From Ruminococcus bicirculans (ex Wegman et al. 2014) (GTDB lineage: Bacteria; Bacillota; Clostridia; Christensenellales; DTU072): DNA of 64,000 nucleotides. The position numbers were made by a program, and so were the translations under genes. The DNA lies in the NCBI GenBank assembly GCA_963642145.1, contig CAVIFU010000003.1, forward strand, positions 6,433 to 70,432, read 5' to 3'. Of this stretch, positions 10,001 to 22,000 are shown in pieces. The notes under the pieces were generated by a model. That model ran no database searches, had not been told where the DNA came from, and saw only the letters and a list, made by a program, of their open reading frames with translations. Positions within the stretch are counted from its first letter, which is position 1, and each line of letters opens with the position of its first letter.

Positions 10001-13000
10001 AAGACCATCGATATGCCGGAAGTCAACGCTTATCTGCGCGTTCAACTTCTGAATTTTACTTTTGACGGCAAAAACTTACCCGAAGACGGTTACGTCAAGC
10101 TCTATTTAGCCATACGCGACAGCGGTAACAAAGAAATTGACGCCGTTTACTTCGAGGTAGACTTAATCAAAGACGTGGGCGTTCGTACGGGAAGAATCAA
10201 CTTGTACGAAGATATAATCGAAAGCGACTACGAGAGCACGTTCAAGACGATACAAGCCTTCCTTGACGACTTGGTCGTAGGTTTGCGCGTATCGGGCGAA
10301 CTCGATATGTCCGTAGAGAACGAACCCGTTTGGAAGGTGGACGAAAACGGCTCCGTTGTCTTGGACAAGGACGGCAACAAAGTCCCCTCTGTAGACGAAA
10401 GCGGCAATATAATTTACAGCGACAAAAAGATAAAAGAGTATACCAACGCTTACATCAACGGCATTCTCTCCGGGTTGCTTACGGGGCTCGGACTCCGCAT
10501 AGACACCACGGACTTCAATATAGCCGTCGGATTTGAAATCGTAGCCAAAATATCCTTTGCCGGCGCAATCAAGTTGGACGGTTCCGAGGGCGAGGATCTT
10601 ATACCCACGATACTCAAAAAATCCGAAATCAAAGTACGCTTGTTCGACAACCGCTCGTCGGATAAACCCTCCATACTCGGTCTGTACCTGAAGGACGGCA
10701 ACGCGTACCTTGATTTATCCTATTTCGACGTGCCGAGCATAGGCGTAACCGACGTCGATAAGCTCATCTCCGATATAGGCGATTTGACCGGCTCCAACGA
10801 AGCGAACGCCAAGAAGGCGGAAACCGCGCCCGCGAATCTGATGAATCTGAACAGAGTCGCGCAATACGCCGGCGTTGCCAATGCCGAAGCGGTTGCCCTG
10901 CAAGTCATCCTTAATCCCGAGGCTTTGACGGTAACTTTGACCAAAGACGCCATCGCGGGACTTGTCGGATTGTTCCTAAAAGATACCGCGCTTCCCGTTG
11001 CCATACAGGAAACGGAGCTTTCTTTGGGATTCGGCGACAAAGGTTTGACGCTCGATGTTACCACCGGCGTAGACGTATTCGATCTTTCGCTGAGCGTTTC
11101 CAACGTAGGCATAGACGTTGACAAAGAAGCTTTGAGCGGTCTTAACTACGAAGTAGACGTACCTGCCGACGTCGAATTCTATATGACGGAAAACGGCATG
11201 CCCGTAAACGTATACCTCGAACTCGGCGGATACCTCAACATAAATTCCGAGCCCTTGGAAGGTAAGGACGCCAATATCATAGATCTTGCGCCCGCGTTGA
11301 GCGGTCTTCTGAGCGGAGTCGAACTCGGCGCCCTCATAGAATTCCTCGGCATTGTGGACGAATCGTTGTTCTTTGAAGTCAGAGGCAGCGTAAACCTTAA
11401 CGAAATCGTGGATATTGCCAAGAACGGCTTTGATTTTGCCAAGATCAAAGAGTCTGCGCTCTCCGTTACGCTCAAAACTTACGCAAGCAGCGATCCTACC
11501 GACGTGGACGCGGACGGCAACAGAACGCTTAGGAACGTTTTGGAAATATACTACGTGGACGGCGACCTCTACGCGCACATAGACACCGCGATTGTCGAAC
11601 TCCAATACGTATACGTGCCCGACGCGAACGAAGTAATTTCGGAGCTCATAGGACGCTTCAACGGCGGTAACACCGATGAGGAAACGCCTCAGTCTGCCGC
11701 CGACACGGAAGAAGTCACTCAGGATGAGATCATACAATACTACATCGACCTCGTACTCGGAGAATACGGCATTTCCGTAAACATCACCAAGGCGCTTCTG
11801 ACCGGCGTATTCAAGATGCTCGGTTTGGATTTGGACGCATATATTTCGGGGCTCGATCTCGAAGCCGAGGTTGCGTTTAACGCCCATCCGCTCGAAGCGT
11901 ACCTCAACCTCAAAGTGCGCGACGTAGGCGCAGACGGCGTCGACGATCCCGATACGGATAACCCCAACGACGGCAACTTTGTCAGCCTTACCGCTTCCGT
12001 AGACAACCTTAAACTGATGCTCGACAAATCCTTCACCCTTTCGGAGGAAGAGAAATCGCATTACAGCACGATCGAGACTCTCGATACCATAGGCGTTGTC
12101 ATCAGCGGCGCGGCTAAGTTCGAGATCACCGCTACCGGCGATACCACCGATCCCGAAACGGGAGCAAGCGGTAACATTACATCGCTTACGAACATCCTCA
12201 ACGAAATCAAAGCCATCATAGACGCTTCCGCGACCAAGACCAAACTTACTTGGATACGCGACGCTTCCCTCGGCAAATACGATACGGACGACGTAAAGTA
12301 TTCCGATAAATCGGATTCCGAGCTGAGCATCATCTACGATAGAGACATCACCGTCAAAGACTACACCAAGCTTTTGAACTTCGGACTGATCCTTGAAGTT
12401 ATCGGCGACGTGGTGGACGGCAAATCCGCATTCGGCGGAGAAGTATATTATGAATTAGAGGCGATACTGGATATCACGAATATTGCCGACTTGAAGGCTT
12501 CCTTCTTCCTGAGCTCGTCGCAGAAATCCGAAGACAGAGGCAATATCCTTTGGGTAAGCGTCATGGGCGTGGACGACGGCAACGGCAACTACGACATCAA
12601 CGTATTTGCAGACCTAACCAAAGTCCTGAAAGAAGGACTTGTGGTTGAGGACGTCATAAGGGTCAATAACTTCGGCGCCTTCAAGACTTACATGGAGAAA
12701 TTCACCAAGCTTGCTGTGGGTGCCGAGGCGCAATTCGATTCCGCAATGCCGCTCAACTCCTCAAATAACCGCTTGGAGTTGCCGCACAACGCTGCCGGCG
12801 ACGTCGTACCGAGCATTATGACGGGCGCGAGCGTCGTGCTTGCCATCACCTCCAAGGCAGGCGACTACAATATCCCCAACGAGGCTCCCATAGCCTTGAT
12901 AGTACCTTCTGCCGCGGTTTACTCGCTTGCGGATATGTTGCTCTCCGGCGATTCCGCGTTTGAAGTGGAGATAGACGAAAGCAAGATAACCTCTTACGTC

Positions 13001-16000
13001 AACGACGGCGTGTATTCGGAGGACGAATACTACTATGCGTTGCGCGGTTTGACGGAAACGCATGCGGAAGCTCTTGCCGTAGCCCTCGAAAAAGGCGAAC
13101 TCACGAGCCAAAACTACACGATAGCCAACGCATATTGGACGGCTTTCGTAGCAAGTTTGAACGGCGTGCACGAAAGAGATGAAGAGACCATAGCCGAGTA
13201 CAATACGACGGTAGGCACGTTCATATCGACTTACACGGCGATATTCGAGTCCGAACAAAGCATAAATCAAACGTTTACGACGATAGACCAAACTGCAATC
13301 GACGCTCTCAAAACGGCATTCGAGGCATTCAGAACGTTCTATGAAGATACGCTCAAACCCTCTGCCGCAACGGTCAAAGATCCGGAGGAGGCACAAATAG
13401 AAAACCTCCGCAAGGGACTCAGAACAATCAGAATCGAGGAGCTCAAAAAGCAAAAAGAAGAAGGCACCTTGAGCGAGTACAACTTCGACTACCTGTATAA
13501 AGGTATACTTCACACCGTCGAAGGCGAAGCCGTGGATCCTTCATCCTTGGTCAAAATAAACATTGCCGACTTCTTCGGCGTACACGATCCGTCTTTACTG
13601 ATAGAGATCGGCGCGACTTCCGTCCCCGACGCGGAAAGCGGTACAAGAACGGCATTCTTGCTTGTCAACGTCAGCTTGGCAGAGTTGCTTACGTTGCAAC
13701 TCGAAATAGATAAGGTTACCGTATCCATATCCCCGGACGATTCCTACTATGTGGGCAAACCGGACGACAACGGCAACATAATCGGCGGATTGCTTAAACA
13801 AAGCTACCATTGGATAAATCCCGACGAGATGTGGGAGCAACACATAGTAATATCGATTAACGGCGAGCTCGACTTAGACGCGGCAGACACCGACGACGAT
13901 ACCGCTATCGACCTCTCCTCTTTGATTAGTTCCATTCTGTCCACAGCCGACTTCGGCGCGATGATTCGTAACCAAGGGCTCGATCCGACAAAGATAACCT
14001 ATGAGTTATCCGTCAACGCCAACCTGCACGACATCCTCAAAACCGTTGCGACCAAAGACATATACTGGTTGCTCGTAAGGAGCGAAGTACTCCTGCGCAT
14101 AGGCTTCAACGGTACGCGCGAGTATTACGACAAAGAAACCGGAAAATATGTAGAGGACAGGGACTGCACGGAATATATATCCTTATATTACGAAGACGGC
14201 ACCGCTTACATAGACGGCAGCGTCATAGGCGTGCAAAAAGTCAAGGTTGAAACCGCGCTCAAAAACCTCTTCGATTTCATCGGAGCGGGCGACCTAAGCA
14301 AGTACTACGAAATCAGCCGTGACGACGAGAGGAGCGCTTTTGCCGCGGATAACACCGAAACCGAGTCTTACGCGCTCAACGCGCCCGTTACCGCCGAAGA
14401 ATATCTGCCTTACGTGCGCTTGGCATTCGGTAACCAAACCGGCATTGTCATCGAAGTCATGAGCGAAGTTCTCTTCACCGTGCTTTCCGGCTTAGACCTC
14501 GGCGAGAATTTCCCGATTAAAGACCTCGGCAGTGTGGTAAGAGAATCGCTAAACGGCAATCTCGAATTCCAACTCGGCGTCATGACCAAGCTCGGCTTGC
14601 TCGACGAAAAATGGAGTAAGGAAGAAAAAGATTTACTCTCCTTAGCCCTCAAAGCCGGCAACTACACGGTAGGACTTAAACTCAGCGAAATTGCGCTCGA
14701 TCTGCGCGATTCCTCCGAGTCTTCCGTCAGCATCAAGCCCGACGACATCAAAGAACACGAGTATCAGCAGAGCGAGAACTTGGAGAACGTATACGCGGAG
14801 TTTGCAATAGACATCGACTTCGACGGCGTAAACGGCACCAAGTTCAATTTGGACGAGACGGTTGACGGCATTTTGGGACGCTTGGGCATCAATTCCGACG
14901 GCTCGGTAAACAGCACCGTCGAAACGATTAGAGGGCTCGGTTTGGAACCCATAATCCAACTTTTGAGTACCCTAAGCAGTCATTACAGAATAGAACTCAA
15001 AGCTAACATCAACTTTGCCGAGATTATCGACGAAAAGACGTTCTACGACAGCAACTTTGCGCTATACCTCCGCGATAGGGATACCCTCATAGATTACGGC
15101 GACGGTCAGGGCGAAGTTTGCAAAGAAGTATTGTCCGCGCACTATGTCGATCGTTCGTTGTATCTGAACGCCGAGTGCTTCAATATCCAAGCCACGCGCA
15201 TAGACAACTTCTGGGACTTCATCAACGAGATCATCAAAATATACGTACCCGAAAAGGGCGAAACAGACGATACCGAAGCCGAGGATACCGACGCTCAAAC
15301 GGAAGAAATCAAGAACGCAACCGGTTTTGCGGGTTACGAGTCCAAGGACGGATTCGATCCGTTCGGGCTTATCAGACAGGTAACCGACGGCACCGCCAAC
15401 TCCGTGGCTACTTACATTAACATACTTGCTTGCCCCGAGGGCTTGGTACTTAGCATTGGTACCACGGCTTTGTTCGGCGTGCTCCGCGCGTTGGGCGGCG
15501 AGGCGATGGACTTTGAAAGTTACGTACAGCCCATAGGCGAACTCAATATAGAGGCAAGCCTCTTGGGACCCGAAGACATCATCAAATTAGGCGTCAAATT
15601 CGAGGGCTACGAATTCTCCGGCGACGAGAGGATAAACATCGGCACCGACGAAAATCCCGAATACAAAAAGCACGGCGACATAGGATTCAGCTTTGGTATA
15701 GTCAACGACTTCACACTGGCGTTTAACTATCAGTGGTTGGCGAACAAGTACTACACCGACGACACGTACGAAGTTGTCACCATCAACAAATCCATATCCG
15801 CTCCCGACAAGGCGCACGTTGACGACGGCAACGACGGATACGAGGATATAGAGTATACCGCGGTAGACCTCACCGACCCCGTAATAGGGCTGAGCACGGT
15901 GCTTTACATAGATCTTGCCGCAGGCGAGATTACCGGTTCCGGCATCACCGGCACCGTTACGCGCGAGTACGACGAGAACGGCGAACTCAAAGGCGTGCAC

Positions 16001-19000
16001 TTTGACGGCTACGACCTCAACAAAGAGCCGTTGACGTCCTTGCTTGCTGGAGTGATAGACGCTACCCTTGCGATACTCCTCGAAATCAACGGCACCAACA
16101 CGCTGAACATCGAGCTTGAAATCCTCGTCAACTTCCCGCTGCGCAACTACAAGGGCGTTGAGGCTCAGGTAACGTTGCGCGACGTCAACGCAGGCAACAT
16201 TTTGTTCCGCGCCAACCTGCACAATTCCAACCTGTACGTTGACCTTACCTACCTCAACGGACCTAAGTTCACGGTTGAGGACGTTCTGGAAACGTTACTC
16301 GGTGAAAAGGAATTCGAAGACGACCTCTTGGGCGACCTCTTCGGCAACCTGTTTGGCGGAAACAAGAGCTCGTCCGGCGTGCAGAACGCTTCCGGCGCGC
16401 AAAACGCCTCTTCCTCCACAACGACTCCCGTAAACCTCGACCTCGGCGTAGAGAGAATCATCAAAGGCGTCATGACGCACGGCATAGCGTTGTACGTCAC
16501 GGAAACGGCATTGAATTCCGTGCTCGGCACCTTGAAGATGGCAAACATGAAGATATTCAGCGACGTGCTCGTCCAAATCGGGCTTGCCGCCAAGAGCAAC
16601 AGCTTCATATTAGCCGTCGACGTCGAGGCGCAGGCGGAATACACGGATAAATCGCTTAACAGCGTCAAGAGCAAAGTCATAGACTTGGGATTGGGCATAG
16701 ACGGCTTGCGTTTGAACTTCAAGGGCTTCTCCAACGAAGAACTCTTACTGCCGCAAACGGCAAACTACATTAAGGCGCACGAAGTAAACGTTATTACTTT
16801 GGGCACGTCCGTCGAGATAGAACTCGGCATCAACGGCGGCACGATAGGGTTAGAGAATCTGTACAAAGAATTACTGAGCAAAGACGGCGCCGTTGCCGGC
16901 TTGATAGGCGGATCCGATAATCCGTTCTACACCCTCATCGAGCAAAGCGACGTGCTTACCGGCGTACTTCCCAAGATGGTAATGCTCGGCGACGTAGGAG
17001 ACACCCTCGTATTCGATATATCCGCAATGATACCCATCAAGAGCGGGCTCGAAGGGTTGCTGTCCGACATGCAACTCAAACTTGAGATTTACTCCAAGAC
17101 TTGCAGAGAAAAATTCGATATCGTCCTTACCTATTATAAGAATCAGCTTTACGGCGACTTCTCTTCGATAGGGCTCGGCAAAGTATACGTAGAGGACGTA
17201 GACTTCCTCATCAACTGGTTCAAAGACTTATTGGGCGGTAGCGGTGAAGAAACCGAACCCGCGTCGGCTTCGCTCACGAACATGAGTAGTCTGCAAAACG
17301 CATTCTCCGACAAGTATCCGTCCTGGTCATCGGCTTTGGGACTCAACAACGCGGATAGCGGAGACAGCCTCGTAGGCATAGTCAAGATACTCCTTAACCA
17401 AGACGACGGCTTGCTCATAACGGTAACGTTCGAGATGATCAACACGTTACTCAAAATGGTGGGCGTCGATATAGGATTGGAAAAATATTTGGCAGGCGTG
17501 GTCAATCCGAGCGCAACCGTAGGCATAACCACGCGTCCCGCGTATGAAGTCGGCATCCACATCGATACCGCGCAAACGACCACTCCGCAATGGATTTGGG
17601 ACGAAGAAACGAAAACATACACCAAGGGCGAGGACACCGAAGGCAACGACGGCGGTATGGACCTTGCGCTCCGTCTGCTCGGCGATACCGTCAAGATAGG
17701 CGTCGAGAACGAATCCGTCGTATACACTCCTTACGGCTTGCAATCCACCCTTACTCCGCTTATTTCCGAGTCGGAGCGCGCAACTTACAAGATGTTTAAC
17801 GAAGTTGCGTTGAACCTCGGCACCAACCTCTCGCTTCGCTTGGATTTGGACGACGGCTTAGTGCAGATTAACGCCTTGCTCGATACGATTTTGGGCATAA
17901 TCGGCATGAAGATGCCGGAGGACTACGACACCAAACTCGTGTTCGGCGGCGGCAACGAAACGTTGTACTGCGAAATCAACGTGCGCGTGGGCGTAGACCT
18001 TGCCAAACTGTTGTCCGTCAAGACGGAAGACATCACGAAAGCCATTACGCTGGAATTCACGATGCAATATACGATTATCGACAATACCACGAACGAGGTT
18101 TACCTCAACCAGAAGATATTGCAAATCTATATGCTTAACGACGTGATTTACGCCGGCATAGAGCTGTTTGATACCGAGTTGGGCGTCAAAGTAGCCGACC
18201 TCGAACTGAGCGACACCATCCGCGGATTGATGGAGAAGTTGTTTATCGTTGACGACGTAGAGGATGACGTGACCACCGACGGCGACAAGACGGAAGAAAG
18301 CACCGCGCAAAATTCCTCCGCGAATCCGATTTTGGATATGTACGAGGCGACCAAGGACAACGTGGGCAATACGCCGATAGGCAAGCTCATGACGCCTATG
18401 ATTTACCTCAATTCGCAAGGCTTTGCGTTGATGCTTACCAATGAACTCCTCGTAGCCTCCATAGACGCCATACTCAAGATATTCAACGACGGCGCCATAG
18501 GCACGCAAGACGGAGACCCCTTGGTACTCGATAGGGACGATATTACGTTCATAGCCAACGAAATTTTGGATTATGCCACCGTCGGCGTCTACTTTGACCC
18601 CGATAAGGAAGGCAATATGAGCGTCAAGCTCAATATCACCAAGGAAGCCGGGGAAAAGGAAGAAACCGGTGAAGACGCCAAATGGTACGACTCGGTGGGA
18701 TACGGCATAACGCTTTCGCTGTTCCACGACAGTTTGCTTATAGTCAATACCGAGACGTATGAAGCGCGTTTGAATTACCTTGCTAACGACGAAGAGCACG
18801 TGGCATATTACAACAATTGCCTGGATTCTCGTGACGTTACCTGGCGCGTAAACCTCGGACTTGACCTATCCGTAGGCGCGGATATATCCGAATACATACT
18901 TAACTGGAGCTCGCTGTTCGTCAACGAAAAGGACGAGGACGGCAACACTACGGGCGCCGGATTCTACATACAGGCGCTGCAAGATATTGTCGGCGAACTT

Positions 19001-22000
19001 ACGTTGCGTATCAAAGCGGACGTCGTACTTACCGCTCTCGACGAGTGGGCGGTAGACGCCATCATCCAATTGGTAAAACTCAAAGAGGACGGCACGTATG
19101 TCGGCAACGACGACGTCGAAGAAGAAATATTCGCGTTGTACATCGTCGGATCCCTCAACGACGCCGCTACTTACCAAGAGAAAGGCGTGCGCGTTTACAT
19201 GACGCTTGGCGCGATGGATCAATACGGCTTATCGGGTATAACGCTCGACTCCTCCGTATTCGAAGAATTTTTGGATCTCAACGTCAAAGCCTTGTTGGAG
19301 GCTCTCGGCGGTAAGCTTTCCACCGCTGTGGAAGGCTCTCTCGTCAAATCTTTGTCCGACTTGATGGACAAGATGAAAGAGATTCTCAAAGATATCGGCG
19401 GCAGAGCTTCGGATGAAATCGAAGAAACCGTGGAAAGCAATCCGCAAAACGCCGAGGAAGACGTTGATTCTAACGGCACCGAGGATCCGTACGCGGTAGA
19501 AGAAGAGGAAGAAGAAACTCCCGTCGCTTGGTACGCGGGACTGTTCGACAGTATCAGATTTACCAAGGGCGCGATATCGCTCGTAGTAGCCCAAACGGCT
19601 ATACAAACCATATTGAAGCAATTATTCAACTTCCCGTTTGAAGACAAGGTAGGCGAGCTTGCCTTGACTTTGGACAACGCCAACAACTCCCTCAAACTTT
19701 CGTTCGGCACCGATTATCAGGAAGCGGAGAACGTCAGCCAAATCGACATCGACAGGCTCATACCCACCATTGCCGACGACGCCTCGGTATCCACGATAAC
19801 CGCAGAGATAGAAGGACTCGAATACGAAGTTCTGGGCGTAACCGACAAATTGTTCCTAAGCGGACTGCAAGTAGCTTATAACGGAAGAACCGTCATAGCC
19901 GAAGCTTCCTCCGCCTACCTGAGCAATACAAAAGCAACCGAAGTCAAGGGTATTTCCGACGGAGAAGTCAGATACCTCGTCTACGACGTCAACAAGATGT
20001 TTACGGTTGCGTCCGATAAAGCGGAAGACGCCGCGTCAAGCGTTGCGAACGCCATTATTACTCGTCTTGCCGGCACCCCGAGCGCACACGGACGTTATAA
20101 ACAAGACACTACCGAAGACGGCACCACTTACTTGGTTGCAAGAGACGGCGCGCTCAAAGCGAGAGTCGCCGTCAAGAAATGCGGTAGCAAAGTTTTGGTT
20201 GCGTATGCAAAATCGTTCTCCGGCATGGAAATTCCGAGCTTGAATATAAGTAGCGTGACCCCGGACGTCCTCGGAACCAACCTCGTAAGCTTGACGACGG
20301 AAGAAGAAGCCAATGAGGAAATCCGCAGAGAGTATGACGACAAGTTCTTGGAAGGCATTACCGTCAACGGTAAGGCGCTCACTGCCGAAAGCGTCTACGT
20401 ACAGGCGCAAAAACTCTACGGCGGCAAAGCAGATAAGTACGAGGTCGAGAATCCCGGCACGCGCAACGTATTCTACTACGTCTTCGATCCGAGCGACTAT
20501 TATGAGAGCGAAAGCGGATTTACCGCGGAAGAGTTGAAGGCAAACGCCGAAGAACTCAAACAAATCATATCCGATGCGTTCAGAGCCGGCACGTACACGA
20601 GATACATGACGCAAGACCGCGCAATACACAAGCTGTATAGGTACGAAACGCAATTCAACGTATCCGTCAAAGTGGCGGAAGTCACGGACGATAGCGGCAA
20701 TATCGGCTACAAAGTGCTACTCGGCGCGGCTACCGACAGGAGCATGTTCAACGTATACCTCAAGATACACGGACTCGACTTGGGACTTGGCGAAGGCAAT
20801 ATCTTCAAGGAGATGCCTCTCGGCGGCAAAATCAGAGACGGCAAGACCGAATACGAAGTCAACGGCGAAAAGGTTACGTACGACTACAACGACTACTTTG
20901 AAGAGCAATTCAAACCTCTCTCCGACTACAAGTGGGAGTTCGAAGCATATTCCGAGCTTACCATAGACGATACCGTCGGCGGAATATTCGACATGTCCGA
21001 TCTGTTGGGCGTTGTCGGATCGCTGGTAGGCGGAGATATAGGCAACATAGTTTCAGCCATCAACTTTGCGCTGCAACCCATCGACGACGTAGCCATCACG
21101 TTCGGACTTGCGGTACGCGGATACATAGATTTCAGCGACTTTACTCCGATAAGGTTGCAGGTAGAACTTACCAACCAAGGCAAGACGATGCTCCTGCTTA
21201 CCTACGTTGGCGGTTACGATTCGGACGAAAACGGTGATTACGAGAACAGCACCATCTACTTAGACCTTAGCGGACTCGGATTCCCGTCGGTTAAGTTAGA
21301 GGGAATACAGCTTGGCGCCGTCATCAAGAAAGTCGTAGGCAACTTGGGCGGAAACAACGCTTCCGACGAACAACAATCTGCCGATAAGGATACCCAAACC
21401 GAGAGTTCGGATACCGTAAATCCGTCCAACGCCTCGGCTCCCGACAGAGTTTACCTCAAAGACAAAGATATAGACTTCAAGATGCTGTTGCTCACGCTCG
21501 GCGACGAGAACGCAAGCATAGCCATAACCGGCGCGCTACTCTGCTCGCTTATAGCCAACATCGCGGCAAACGACAAGATATCTTCGATTCTCGGCGGACT
21601 GGATATAGAAGTACCGCTATTCCGCAACTTGCAGATCGGATATTCCAAAGAAGACAATCTAGCGGGCGTAATTTTGCGCCTGACGGACGACACGCCTTAC
21701 GAAAAGGCGTTGCGTATCGGATTCAACTTCCGCGGTAAGGACGAAACTCAGGAGGGTTACGGCTCGTACACCAAGTTCCGGACGGGCGACGCGCAATCCA
21801 CCACCATCGCTCCGAGAGAGCACGTAGAGGGCGAAAAAGAAGAAGGCATCGTATACGAAGACATCTCCGTCATAACCAAAGTGGCTTTGGGCGTCGAACT
21901 CGAAACGCGCGTTCGCACCAAGGACACGGAGAAATCTTCACAACTTCAAGCGCTCGAAACGTTATTGCAGACCTTGCTCGCGGGGGCGGGCTTACTCCCC

